DNA of 64,000 bases from a virus. Under the pieces are notes generated by a model. That model saw only the letters and a list, made by a program, of their open reading frames with translations. It had not been told where the DNA came from and made no database searches. How positions within the stretch are numbered: position 1 is the stretch's first letter; every line of letters starts with the position of its first letter. This document shows positions 1 through 9,792 of the stretch, one piece after another. Location: positions 10,335 to 74,334 of the IMG/VR virus record IMGVR_UViG_3300034198_017445, one strand, 5' to 3'. Made by a program: the position numbers and the translations under genes.

Positions 1-34
1 CCAGGGAAAAGACTGGGAGTGCTCGCTTCGCTGT

Positions 35-397
35 ATGGATATCGCGCCAAAGGTTCGCAAGAAATTGCAGCTAACTAGAATCGGTCTGCTCAAACTTTTT
101 TCGGATGCAAATGGATTGCCGGGCGCAATTGTCGCCAACGCGATTTTGGATTCTATTGTCGCTATCAGCGCGCAGAATTCATTGGTTGCCAAGGTGTATG
201 ACTTTACTGGTCCAAGCACCAATCCAGACTCAATTTTCGATTGGGCTGACGGGCCATCATTGGCAATCCTAATGGCACCAATTGATTCTGGTGGCTGTGG
301 GTTTACGGAAGAACAATTAGCGCCGTTGCTGAGTGCTGCTTTCGAACGCCCTCACATATCTGATCTTGAAATTGAATTCGTTAGGAATCGCATCTAA
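35..397 (+). CDS. Hypothetical protein (virion gene region)
   Basis: ORF coupled to the next gene via TAATG; true start may lie upstream of the window. Confidence 0.6.
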   Translation: MDIAPKVRKKLQLTRIGLLKLFSDANGLPGAIVANAILDSIVAISAQNSLVAKVYDFTGPSTNPDSIFDWADGPSLAILMAPIDSGGCGFTEEQLAPLLSAAFERPHISDLEIEFVRNRI

Positions 398-987
398 TGC
401 CGGACATTCTCAAGAAAACACCAACGTACACTCAAGTCGAAGCTCCTGTTTCGTTGACTGCTAACACCCTCGGATCGCTTCGGACTTTGGATTTGCGCAC
501 CAAGCAAGGAGCACTGATTGGTATTCGGTTCGGCAGGTCCGTCGCTACAGTGTTGAATAGACCTGCCTATGTTTCAATCCGGCGCACTGACGGGAATACA
601 CTTTGCATTCCGTCAACAATATTTGACTTCGTGTCGCAAGTAAACGCATGTACTGCAACGACGCTTTCGAGCAGCGCATCGGCTGGAGATACTCAAGTTG
701 TCGTTGTCAGTGGAACAGGGCTTGCGATCGGTGATGTGATTTGCTTCGCCGTAGCTGGAAGATTTGAAATAGCGAGGATCTTCAACATTGTCACTTCCAC
801 GACACTTGTGCTTGAAAGACCATTGCTCGCGGCGCATACAAGTGGCGATGCGGTTACGAACTGGGCTGAAGCGGCATGGATATTTTTGCCCGGATGGGAG
901 CACTACGAAATTCGTTGCTGCAACGCAAGCAACCAAACAGTTCTTTTTGCGATCGATGCGGTGATTGATGAGGGCGAATCCTACTGA
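397..987 (+). CDS. Putative virion structural protein
   Basis: Thr/Ser/Val-rich beta-type composition; overlapping stop/start with neighbours. Confidence 0.6.
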   Translation: MPDILKKTPTYTQVEAPVSLTANTLGSLRTLDLRTKQGALIGIRFGRSVATVLNRPAYVSIRRTDGNTLCIPSTIFDFVSQVNACTATTLSSSASAGDTQVVVVSGTGLAIGDVICFAVAGRFEIARIFNIVTSTTLVLERPLLAAHTSGDAVTNWAEAAWIFLPGWEHYEIRCCNASNQTVLFAIDAVIDEGESY

Positions 988-1808
988 TGAGCCGTCAAGG
1001 GGTTGTGCAATTCGAGAATCCTGTAAGTAGGCATCCACTGAATGTTGGGCTTCGGGCGTGGTATTACATGCCTGACTCTAGGTTTGCAACTCAGGGTAGA
1101 ATTTTCAACTTGGTAAATCGACGATTCAATCCTGGAACGGTATCTGGGACCTTCGGCTTCGGCGCGACGCCGCGAAACTCCATTGCGTTCCGACAGCTCT
1201 CGCCTGTGTCGTTCGTCACCGTGCCGGACGGCCTGATCCCAGGGGCTGCCGCTGGAACCAGTGGCACCGTATGCGGGTGGGTTAGAGCGACCGGCCTATG
1301 GTCGAGATTCCGCAACGTGTGGCTGTGGAACTCAAGAAATGTCGACGTGAGCATGAACGGAGGGCAGATTGGAGGAGCCGGGGCGCAGCCGTCCGCGTTC
1401 ATTTTCTCCGCTACGAGGGTGACTGGCACACTGACCACGGACGCACGCTGGGTATGGCTTGCGGCGACTCTTCGCTACAACGGCACGTTGAATGTGTACG
1501 TCAACGGCGTATCGATTGGATCCAGTGCCGTCGGAACCCATCAAACGCAAGTCGGATTCACTGCGAGGATTTGGGCGTACAGCGATCCAGTTGCGAATCA
1601 AGCTGACTGGCTTGGACCGTACGAATTCGACTACACGCGAGTCTATGACCGGGATTTGAGTGCGGAAGAAATTAGGTTTTTGTATATGGAGTCGCTTGAC
1701 GGAAACCAGAATACATTAAATCTGGAGCGTCAGCGCCGATATGGGTTCGCTTCTACTCCAAGCGGATCGCTTTTGCAATCTAGCTATTTCATGGCATTTC
1801 CAGGATAA
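987..1808 (+). CDS. LamG/concanavalin A-like lectin domain protein (virion attachment candidate)
   Basis: TVCGWVR, W-x-WLAAT, LNVYVNG and TRVYDRDLSAEEIRFLY are LamG-like motifs. Confidence 0.75.
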   Translation: MSRQGVVQFENPVSRHPLNVGLRAWYYMPDSRFATQGRIFNLVNRRFNPGTVSGTFGFGATPRNSIAFRQLSPVSFVTVPDGLIPGAAAGTSGTVCGWVRATGLWSRFRNVWLWNSRNVDVSMNGGQIGGAGAQPSAFIFSATRVTGTLTTDARWVWLAATLRYNGTLNVYVNGVSIGSSAVGTHQTQVGFTARIWAYSDPVANQADWLGPYEFDYTRVYDRDLSAEEIRFLYMESLDGNQNTLNLERQRRYGFASTPSGSLLQSSYFMAFPG

Positions 1809-1811
1809 ATC

Positions 1812-2354
1812 ATGCTCGTTTCGTGGGTTGGTTTCGTCATCCTGTCTTGGCTTGCTGCTGACTTTGTCTCTGGGTTTTTTCATTGGCTGGAGGATAGGTA
1901 CTTTGACAAAGATTGGCCGATTGTCGGAAAGTACATCGCAACTCCAAATCAAGAGCATCATGCGCGACCGCAGGCGTTTCTAAGTGGTTCTTACTGGTAT
2001 CGAAATTGGACGACGATTGTTCCTGCCCTGGCGGGACTTGCGGTCTGCTTGCTGGTTCCATCGTTGCATTGCGGTTGGTTGACGTGCTTGTTTTTGACTC
2101 AAGCAAACGAACTGCATGCCTGGAGCCATCAGCACGGGCACCTTACAAAGCCCATTGTGCTGATCCAAGAGACGGGCGTTGTGCAGTCGTGTCGTCATCA
2201 TGCCGAGCACCACCGAAGCCCACATGAGGTGCGCTATTGCGTAATGTCAAACTGGTTGAATCCGTTTCTGGACTGCGTTGGTTTTTGGTATGCTTGCGAG
2301 CGTGTTCTTGCTTGTGTCGGTATTCGCGTCAGGGAGATAAATCATGCCTCTTGA
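1812..2354 (+). CDS. CarF/TMEM189 (PEDS1/FAD4)-family lipid desaturase
   Basis: ADFVSGFFHWLEDRY, EHHARP, HAWSH, HHAEHH, YCVMSNWLNPFLD; hydrophobic segments. Confidence 0.85.
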   Translation: MLVSWVGFVILSWLAADFVSGFFHWLEDRYFDKDWPIVGKYIATPNQEHHARPQAFLSGSYWYRNWTTIVPALAGLAVCLLVPSLHCGWLTCLFLTQANELHAWSHQHGHLTKPIVLIQETGVVQSCRHHAEHHRSPHEVRYCVMSNWLNPFLDCVGFWYACERVLACVGIRVREINHAS

Positions 2355-2691
2355 AATCACGTTAGTTCCGGACGCGTCACCAACTCTGCGAGCGTACAAA
2401 CGATCGGACGGTGTCGCGCAGGGCACTCCGATCTCGGGCACGGCGGTCGGTTCTCGATCGGCGCTTTACGAGTTCGACTTGTCGTCGCTTCCGAACGGCG
2501 ACTACTGTTGTGATATTTCTAGCCCACTTGCGCGTCTTTATGTTCGCAAGACAGGGTCGGTTATTGTTGATGCGGGATCCTGGGTCGACTTAGATGCCGT
2601 CACTCGCGTCGCTACGCTTCCCGCCTATGGCGAGTCGCAAGAGTGGGACAGCGGAACGAATCAATTAAACGTCACGATCACGAAGAACTAA
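2344..2691 (+). CDS. Hypothetical virion-region protein
   Basis: GGGAG RBS; tight packing. Confidence 0.6.
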   Translation: MPLEITLVPDASPTLRAYKRSDGVAQGTPISGTAVGSRSALYEFDLSSLPNGDYCCDISSPLARLYVRKTGSVIVDAGSWVDLDAVTRVATLPAYGESQEWDSGTNQLNVTITKN

Positions 2692-2692
2692 C

Positions 2693-3142
2693 ATGGCACT
2701 TGTAACTACGTTCTGCGAATTCTTCGGCTGCGGTAGCGGTGGTGGGAACCCTTCGATCACTGGTTCGGTCGTCAATCTTTTGTCGGTCGATTACGAGGAT
2801 GACTGGATCTACCTTGAGGGAATCGAAGACGTTGGTTTTGTTCTTGGACCGCAGCGAGATGCGACCGGCTTGACTGCTCCTACCAGCGGTGTCAAGGCAA
2901 AGCGTGCGAGCATGACCCACAACGAGGTCGTGGTTGCGGCTGCTACGATCGGCTACGAAGCGAACGATTGCGTGTTTGTGGTTTGGGCTCAAACTCTGAC
3001 CAGCAGCGGCACACCGTTCGATCCAAGGCCAGGGGATACAATTCGGGCGTTCGACTATGACTGGATCATCAAGTCTGCAAAAAGGAACGTCGACTTTTCT
3101 CAGTATCGGTGCGTCGTTAAGCGATCGGCAAAGCAAGCATGA
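2693..3142 (+). CDS. Putative head-closure/head-tail joining protein
   Basis: Position; PRPGDTI...WIIKS pattern typical of head-closure proteins. Confidence 0.5.
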   Translation: MALVTTFCEFFGCGSGGGNPSITGSVVNLLSVDYEDDWIYLEGIEDVGFVLGPQRDATGLTAPTSGVKAKRASMTHNEVVVAAATIGYEANDCVFVVWAQTLTSSGTPFDPRPGDTIRAFDYDWIIKSAKRNVDFSQYRCVVKRSAKQA

Positions 3143-3585
3143 TCCCTCGTGAGTTCATGGCTTCCGATGCTTTGGATGTGATGACTTCGTTCGCGGATGA
3201 CTTTGAGAGCGTGTCCGTTCGGGATGCGTTCGAAGCAATCAAACCAGACGTTCGCGAGGCGTTTGCTTCTAACTTTGCAAACACTCGTGCACCGTATGGA
3301 ACGTGGCCCCCCCATTCACCGTACACGGTTGCAAGGTATGGACCGCACCCACTGTTGATTCTGTCCGGCGCGATGCTCGCAAGCGTGACCACAAGCGGTG
3401 CTTCGGAGTCGATCGAGGAGACTGGCGATCGGTATATGGTGCTCGGGACTGGGTTTTTCTATGCTCCCTACCAGCAGTTTGGAACCAGGAAGATCCCACC
3501 CAGGCCGTTTTTGTGGCTGACTGGTGATGCTGCTGATCAGATTTCCGAGAAATTCCTTGATGCATGCTGGACTATTTTGGTCTGA
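3139..3585 (+). CDS. Phage virion morphogenesis (tail completion) protein
   Basis: W-P-S..T, L..SGAMLASV, YAPYQQFGTRKIPPRPFL. Confidence 0.8.
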   Translation: MIPREFMASDALDVMTSFADDFESVSVRDAFEAIKPDVREAFASNFANTRAPYGTWPPHSPYTVARYGPHPLLILSGAMLASVTTSGASESIEETGDRYMVLGTGFFYAPYQQFGTRKIPPRPFLWLTGDAADQISEKFLDACWTILV

Positions 3586-3601
3586 GAACGGCTATGTAAT
3601 T

Positions 3602-4537
3602 ATGGAAAAGTCGAAGCGGCAAATAGGGAGCGTGGTTGGGTTGGCGATCGGTGATGCGATTGGCGCTCCGTGGGAGTTCACGCGTGGTCCGAATGTGGTA
3701 AATGGATACGAGTCCGGTGGTCCCTGGGATCTTGAGAAAGGGCAGTGGACGGACGACACGTCGATGGCGCTGTGCTTGGCTGATTCGATTATCGAGTCGG
3801 GGTGGTCGCTTCGTGATCAGCTTGATCGGTATGTTCGCTGGCACCGCGATGGGTATATGTCTAGCACTGGTTCGTGCTTTGATATTGGCGTGACGACATG
3901 CCGGTCGCTGAGTGCTTACCAGAAGACTGGATTCACGATTGCCCCCCATGACGATCGAAGTCGTGGCAACGGTTCGATAATGCGTCTTGCTCCTGCAGCG
4001 GTTTATGCTTCTCGTATTTTTGACGTTTGCGGCATGCGCGGCGCTTTGGCTTTTGCGAATCTTTGCGGGACGTCGTCGCTGACAACTCACTCGCATCGGG
4101 AGTGCGTCGACTGCTGTGCATTTCTCGGGCTCGTGCTTGGGTTTCTTTACGAGTCGATGAGCCTGGAGGAGTGCTTCAAGCAGGACGCTTGGCATGCGAT
4201 TCAAATGCTTGAGAGTTTCCCGGAGATCGGGTACGAGGTTTTTGAGTCGTCAAAGAAGCCTGTTCCGTTCGGCGTCAGGGGGCGTGCGATCGATACGTTG
4301 ATTGCTGCTATTCATTGCGTTGCTACGACGAGCACGTTTTGCGAGGCTGTCTGCAAGGCTGCGGCGCTTGGTGGGGACACGGATTCGGTTGGTGCTGTCG
4401 CTGGTCAGATCGCTGGGGCACTGTACGGTATCGACGGCATTGACCATGATTTGATCGGGGGGCTGTTCTGGTCTGACAAAATCACGGCAATGGCAACGGA
4501 ACTATCGGAGTGGGTAGAAAAGCCAAGAAAAAAATAA
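3602..4537 (+). CDS. ADP-ribosylglycohydrolase (DraG/ARH family)
   Basis: GLAIGDAIGAPWEF, WTDDTSMALCLADS, GNGSIMRLAP, GGDTDSVGAVAGQIAG. Confidence 0.92.
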   Translation: MEKSKRQIGSVVGLAIGDAIGAPWEFTRGPNVVNGYESGGPWDLEKGQWTDDTSMALCLADSIIESGWSLRDQLDRYVRWHRDGYMSSTGSCFDIGVTTCRSLSAYQKTGFTIAPHDDRSRGNGSIMRLAPAAVYASRIFDVCGMRGALAFANLCGTSSLTTHSHRECVDCCAFLGLVLGFLYESMSLEECFKQDAWHAIQMLESFPEIGYEVFESSKKPVPFGVRGRAIDTLIAAIHCVATTSTFCEAVCKAAALGGDTDSVGAVAGQIAGALYGIDGIDHDLIGGLFWSDKITAMATELSEWVEKPRKK

Positions 4538-4809
4538 GACTTGCGCCAAAGAGACGCGTTGCAAAACCGGAGTGCATTCCGGACTGTATCGATGACGACG
4601 TTGTGGTGTATGCTGGCGTGCCGAGCAAGCCTACGGACGCATTGCCTGGAACGGCGGAAAAGAAAAGAGTGCTTGCTGAACGGTTTTCTCGTGGGGAAGA
4701 TTTGTTTCATCCAGACGATCCTTCTGAAATCATCAACATGATGGAGATGCACTATGGCTTTGTTCTCTCGGGCGATAACGATCGGCAATGCGATCGTGAC
4801 GATTCTTAA
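4510..4809 (+). CDS. Small conserved hypothetical protein
   Basis: PTDALPGTAEKKRVLAERFSRGEDLFHPDD motif, recalled from planctomycete proteins. Confidence 0.6.
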   Translation: MGRKAKKKIRLAPKRRVAKPECIPDCIDDDVVVYAGVPSKPTDALPGTAEKKRVLAERFSRGEDLFHPDDPSEIINMMEMHYGFVLSGDNDRQCDRDDS

Positions 4810-5263
4810 TGCCGATCCTGATCTTGCTACCTACGATTTTGTTTTTCAAAAAAAGCCGTACAACCGAACGAATCCAGACTTGGACTTCGGTGTTGTTTCG
4901 CTTCCGCAGGTCATGGTTCGCGACTTCGAAAACGAGGAAGAGGAGATTTCGTTTCAGTTTAAGGTGTCGATCTCGCGCCCTGCAGACGGCGATTTGACTT
5001 CTGGAATAGAGGACCAATGCGGCGCGATTGAACGTGTCGCAGATTTGTTTCGAAATCGGGCTGGTCGGTATCTTCCGACTGCCCTAAAGGTGACCGCACA
5101 GAACGCGATGAATGCGGCAACTACAAGCGGTTACATTGCTTCGACGGCGATCGAAAAGACCACGTCTCAAATCACGGGCATGTTCGTGGACGGCGCGTTC
5201 GAAGCGGGTTATGATTCATCGTCGTGCGTCGTGACTGTTATTTGCCGTGCTACCAGGATCTAA
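4754..5263 (+). CDS. Putative tail terminator protein
   Basis: Size and position between the neck and tail tube genes. Confidence 0.5.
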   Translation: MALFSRAITIGNAIVTILNADPDLATYDFVFQKKPYNRTNPDLDFGVVSLPQVMVRDFENEEEEISFQFKVSISRPADGDLTSGIEDQCGAIERVADLFRNRAGRYLPTALKVTAQNAMNAATTSGYIASTAIEKTTSQITGMFVDGAFEAGYDSSSCVVTVICRATRI

Positions 5264-5266
5264 AAA

Positions 5267-5581
5267 ATGAGCACTGATGATGTTTCGCTTGATGTAATTC
5301 CTGCTCTCTCCGTGCCTGACGAATCGGGAAGTGTAAAAATTGACACTTCGTTAAGTCCTGATGTGGTCGTGAGTTCGGACGATGCGAAAGCCGTAGTCGA
5401 TGGATACTGGGTATGCGATGGAAAGTGGGTCATGGCTCCTACGGACCACGAGGCTTCGGTGATCTATGTCGGTTTTTTTCGTGCTGAGCCTGCTTGCGTT
5501 GTTCCAGCGACTTCGTACCCGGAAAAAGGGGAACACGTCTATTTGATTCGCGACGGTCAGCCTGTCGACGAACTGGCGTAG
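5267..5581 (+). CDS. Hypothetical protein
   Basis: ORF filling a gap in the tail operon. Confidence 0.55.
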   Translation: MSTDDVSLDVIPALSVPDESGSVKIDTSLSPDVVVSSDDAKAVVDGYWVCDGKWVMAPTDHEASVIYVGFFRAEPACVVPATSYPEKGEHVYLIRDGQPVDELA

Positions 5582-5626
5582 TGTGCGCATGGGTTGGGTA
5601 TCATTCCCTTTGGAGGATTGTTACCT

Positions 5627-6568
5627 ATGAGTCAAAGTGCAGCAGCTAGGTTGATGCTAGCCGACGATGCGGCTATCACGACGAATCCGATCGCGGTCGC
5701 GTTTTCGGATTGTTCGTTGGCAGGTCCACAAACGATCGCGACGCACATGGGGCACCGTGGAACGCGGCAGCGTGCTTCGTGCCGTTCTCGTGTCGTCTCA
5801 TCCAAGTCGCAAGGAAACATCACAGGAAATTTTTCGGTCACTGAGATCGACTGGTTTTTGAACCGCGCTCTCGGTGGTGCTACGCTCGGTGCGAACGGAA
5901 CGCTTGCGGCTTCTGGAAATTCGACTATTTATCCAGGCGAGTCCCTGCTTCCGATCTATGCGCTGGTCGACAAGGTCGCTGCAATCTACCTGTACAACAA
6001 ACTTCGCATTGCCAGCTTTGAGGTTGGTGGTCAGGAAACTCAGTATCTGAACTGGTCGATTGCTACGGCTGGTGAACTTGAGACGGTCTATGGTTCGGCG
6101 TGGCCATCGACACCTGCTTACGAGTGCGGGACTTCGTTCCTGTTCTCGGATTGCACTCTGACTTACAGCGGGACTGCATACAAAATGCAATCGTTCCGGT
6201 TGTCTGTCAGCAATGCTCTTGATGCTCAGCAGTACGAAAACTCGATCACTCCGTCGAGGTTTGAAACTCCTGACTTGCAGGTCGGACTGTCTGTCCAGTG
6301 TGCGTTGCGATCGGATACGATCGCGCTGTACAACGCTGCGCTCGCTGGTGCGGCTGCGAAACTTTCAATCAGCAACGGATCGACTTCTGGTTGCGTTACC
6401 TATGATTTTAATTTTGGAAACCTGAAGTATCGTCAGGGGGCTCCGACCATTCCTCCCCAGGGACGGATCAACATGCCATTGCAGTTTGAGGCGTTCCGTT
6501 CGGCTGCTGTTTCCAGCTTTGTGATCGGTGACAATCAAATTCACGTCGCGAAGACTGTTACGCCATAG
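5627..6568 (+). CDS. Major tail tube protein
   Basis: GGAGG RBS; about 313 aa, beta-rich; precedes the chaperone and tape measure genes. Confidence 0.7.
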   Translation: MSQSAAARLMLADDAAITTNPIAVAFSDCSLAGPQTIATHMGHRGTRQRASCRSRVVSSKSQGNITGNFSVTEIDWFLNRALGGATLGANGTLAASGNSTIYPGESLLPIYALVDKVAAIYLYNKLRIASFEVGGQETQYLNWSIATAGELETVYGSAWPSTPAYECGTSFLFSDCTLTYSGTAYKMQSFRLSVSNALDAQQYENSITPSRFETPDLQVGLSVQCALRSDTIALYNAALAGAAAKLSISNGSTSGCVTYDFNFGNLKYRQGAPTIPPQGRINMPLQFEAFRSAAVSSFVIGDNQIHVAKTVTP

Positions 6569-6618
6569 TCGCTGTTTGCTACAATCGGCGTTTTCTGATT
6601 CTCTAAAACGAGGCCGAT

Positions 6619-7032
6619 ATGCGTACTGATGGCGAAGCAAACCTGGAAGCTGACGACTGGACAAACCCGTTTGTGCGTGGGGCTGGCGAGTGTCCTGCGT
6701 TCGTGCAATCAAAGATTGGTCTGTATCCTTCGGTGTTCTATAAGTACCGTAGGATTGCTCCACGAATGATCGAGAGGCTTCACAAGGAGTTTCGCGATAG
6801 CACGTCGAACAAAGATGCCGGAACTTCTATCGGAGTTGCGCAGCGAATCGTTTTCGAGCACGTTACGTCGTGGTCGTTCGGTGAGTTGAGCCGAGAACGA
6901 ATCGAGCAGTTGATACATCCGTTGCTGCTCAAGGTTTTCTGGCAAATCATGCAGTCGGACCCAACTGATCCGATTCCAGAAAAGTATTTACCAGAGTCGG
7001 AAGAGGATGCAGATAGCGACGAAAAAAAATAA
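6619..7032 (+). CDS. Tail assembly chaperone (G-like)
   Basis: Between tube and tape measure genes; ends in an A-run slippery site. Confidence 0.6.
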   Translation: MRTDGEANLEADDWTNPFVRGAGECPAFVQSKIGLYPSVFYKYRRIAPRMIERLHKEFRDSTSNKDAGTSIGVAQRIVFEHVTSWSFGELSRERIEQLIHPLLLKVFWQIMQSDPTDPIPEKYLPESEEDADSDEKK

Positions 7033-7448
7033 TGACATGGTTCGCGGTGTCGCTTTCAAACCCGGCGCTGGCATCGCGGCCATGTGATCTATGTCGGCAG
7101 ATCATGTTCGACGAGGAAACTGGTATGCCGTATGAATCAAAGCCTGGATCCAAAACCAAGTATGACGCTCGCGTCGGGAAGGTTCCCTGCGAGACGTCTA
7201 TTGGTTGCAAGAAGGGGCATTGGAAAGACAAGCCTGATCTAAATCCTTCGCAGGAAGCTGTAATCGACTTGTTCTATTCTTCGCGCGCCACGGGGGGAGC
7301 GTTTTTGTCTCGTGCCGAACGGCGCGATTGGTGGCTGCTTACTATTTTTGCGCGTCTTCAGGCCATCTCCGAGGCAAACGAGAGATCCGCATCGTCGTCG
7401 CTTTTGAGTTGCATCACTGCGATGCAGACGGGGGCAGTCAATGGCTGA
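7032..7448 (+). CDS. Tail assembly chaperone (T-like)
   Basis: In the -1 frame relative to the previous ORF; directly precedes the tape measure gene. Confidence 0.55.
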   Translation: MTWFAVSLSNPALASRPCDLCRQIMFDEETGMPYESKPGSKTKYDARVGKVPCETSIGCKKGHWKDKPDLNPSQEAVIDLFYSSRATGGAFLSRAERRDWWLLTIFARLQAISEANERSASSSLLSCITAMQTGAVNG

Positions 7449-9792
7449 GAATGCTGAACGCGGCGTAACATTCTTGCTTCGTGCAAAGGCGGATCCTAGC
7501 TCGCGCACCGTCATCGAAAGTTTTGGGCATGATCTAAGTTCGGCGCAGTCGCAAATCGACAAGGCTGTCTCTACGACTGCTCGCAATGTCGAGACGGCTG
7601 TCGATGCCCAAAACGCAAGGACCAAGGCTGCGGTGGATGCTTCGATCTCTGAACGGCAGCGTGCTGTCGATAGGTCGATCAAGGATCAGCAGGAGGCTGA
7701 GGAAAAGGCGCTTAATGATCGCGCTTCGGCGATTCGTCAAAGCGAGTCTAAGATATCGGCTATCGAGATGGACCTTGAAAGCAAGTCTCTTGAGGAACTG
7801 GAGGCTATGCGAGAACAGCGGATTGCGCAGCGTCTTGCAAAGGAGGAGCAGAAGTACCTGGAAGCGATGCAGGCTCGCATTGCTGCGGACAAGGCTTACG
7901 AGCAGATTTCTGACGCTGCTCAAAAACAAACGGTCGAGACGGGTCGTGCGTTGTCGAAGGAAGAAATCGACATCATCAAGCAGATCCAGAAAGCTCGCGA
8001 TACCTTGACTCGCGAGGCAGAGGCTTCTGAAAAGCGATGGACTTCGGTGCAAGAAGCGGAGTCAGAACGGCGCTTAAATTCTGCCATCGTCGAAGCCAAA
8101 AAGAAGAAGTCTGTCCAGGACGAGCAGGACGAGGCTGTCAAGGCGTCGCATGAAAAGGTCGAGAAGCACCTGGAGGACATGAAAAACGCACTCAGCGGCG
8201 CTCTGCTTGCTTCTGGTCAGTTGGCGCGTGGTCTTGCTTTCCTCGGGCTCTCTGGCGAGAAGGAAGTCAATAGGCTCACCGAGGGGATCATTAAGTTGGT
8301 TGGTGCCCTGGATGCGTTTGAGGGTTTTGTTGGCACCGTCATCAAGATCGAAAAAGCGTACCGATCGTGGACGGCTGCAACGGTCGAGCAGGTCGCTGCA
8401 GAGCAATTGCTTGCTGCTGCTCGTGCTGGTGGTTCGGCGGTTGGCGCTGGCGTCTCGGGGGCTACCGGGGCTGTTCAGGCTGGTGCGGCAAAACGGGCTG
8501 GAAGCGCAGCGGCTGGTGGGCTCGTTGGCGAGGGTGTTGGTGGGGTTGCTGGTGGTCTTGCTGGGACTGCGGTTGCTGGCGTCGGAGGAAAAATTGCTGG
8601 CACTGGACCGGTTGCTGGTGCGTTAGCTCGGTTGGCTGCGTTTGGGGATAGAGCGAAGGCTTTTGCTGCTCCTGTTGCTAGGGTCGCAGGAGGTTTGGCT
8701 GCGCGAGTCGCACCACCACTGGCTGCGCTTGCTGGTGGTTATGCGTTAGGAAGCGGAATCAGGAACGCATGGGAGGAGTCGTCGATCGAGGACGATGTTT
8801 GGGGTGGTGCAACGAAGCTAGCCAAGAACGTGATTGATATGCCCACGTTCGGCTGGGGTTCGTACATCATGGGCGAGAAGACTTTCGAGACGTCTCGCGA
8901 TCGCAGACTGAAAAGCGAGGACAAGGATTTCAATCAGCGAACGGAAATCCTGAACGAAAAAAACAAAAGGGACGCGGCTGACGAGGAGTCGCTTGTCGCG
9001 CAGACAAAACAGAAACTCGAAATCCTGGAAGCTCAAGCCCAGGTTGAGAAGCATCTTCATGACCTAAAATTCAAGGACATGACGATCGACGAAAAGCGGC
9101 TGGATCTGACTTCAAGAATCGCCGATGCTACCAAGGAGGCTGCTACCGGAGACGAAAAGTCTCATGCTCGTGTCATCGATCTTTTGAACAAAAAACTGGA
9201 GACTGAGCATGCGATTTACTCCGTTCAAAAGACCGCAGCAGTTGAGCAAGAAAACACCGCTAGAAAATTGCTCGATCTCGCGAACGCTAAACTTGAATCA
9301 GAAAAGTCTGCTCACGAGTCTGCCAAGGAACGCTTTGGTGGGATGTCAGCTAGTGAGCAACAGGAAACGATTGACCTGTTTGCAAAGTTTCAGCAGGATC
9401 CTAAGTCGATGGATCCTGAGGCCATGCGAAAGATGGGCGGTCTTTCGAAGTCTATGGATGCCCAGATCAAGGCTGAGAAGTTACGTCGCGCTGATGCGGC
9501 TGGCTTCGATCGAACGCTGGGTGCCAATGACGTAGCCGAAATCGCAAAGCTGGAGCACGAAATCAAAACCAAGTTGGAGGTCGACGTGCAGGCAAAGGCT
9601 GACGTGAGTGTCAAGCTGACGGCTGACTACGAAGCGATCGCTAAAACTGTAAACGAGCAGATCAAAGCCCAATGGAAAGACGTACTCGACTTGATGGCAA
9701 AACGTGTCATGGAAAACGAGTCGTCTATTCAAGATATCCTTAAAAGATTGAAGGATAGAAACATTCGCCTGACCAATGGAGGTATTCCATAA
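7441..9792 (+). CDS. Tape measure protein
   Basis: 783 aa, coiled-coil with an Ala/Gly-rich central part; canonical position. Confidence 0.85.
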   Translation: MAENAERGVTFLLRAKADPSSRTVIESFGHDLSSAQSQIDKAVSTTARNVETAVDAQNARTKAAVDASISERQRAVDRSIKDQQEAEEKALNDRASAIRQSESKISAIEMDLESKSLEELEAMREQRIAQRLAKEEQKYLEAMQARIAADKAYEQISDAAQKQTVETGRALSKEEIDIIKQIQKARDTLTREAEASEKRWTSVQEAESERRLNSAIVEAKKKKSVQDEQDEAVKASHEKVEKHLEDMKNALSGALLASGQLARGLAFLGLSGEKEVNRLTEGIIKLVGALDAFEGFVGTVIKIEKAYRSWTAATVEQVAAEQLLAAARAGGSAVGAGVSGATGAVQAGAAKRAGSAAAGGLVGEGVGGVAGGLAGTAVAGVGGKIAGTGPVAGALARLAAFGDRAKAFAAPVARVAGGLAARVAPPLAALAGGYALGSGIRNAWEESSIEDDVWGGATKLAKNVIDMPTFGWGSYIMGEKTFETSRDRRLKSEDKDFNQRTEILNEKNKRDAADEESLVAQTKQKLEILEAQAQVEKHLHDLKFKDMTIDEKRLDLTSRIADATKEAATGDEKSHARVIDLLNKKLETEHAIYSVQKTAAVEQENTARKLLDLANAKLESEKSAHESAKERFGGMSASEQQETIDLFAKFQQDPKSMDPEAMRKMGGLSKSMDAQIKAEKLRRADAAGFDRTLGANDVAEIAKLEHEIKTKLEVDVQAKADVSVKLTADYEAIAKTVNEQIKAQWKDVLDLMAKRVMENESSIQDILKRLKDRNIRLTNGGIP

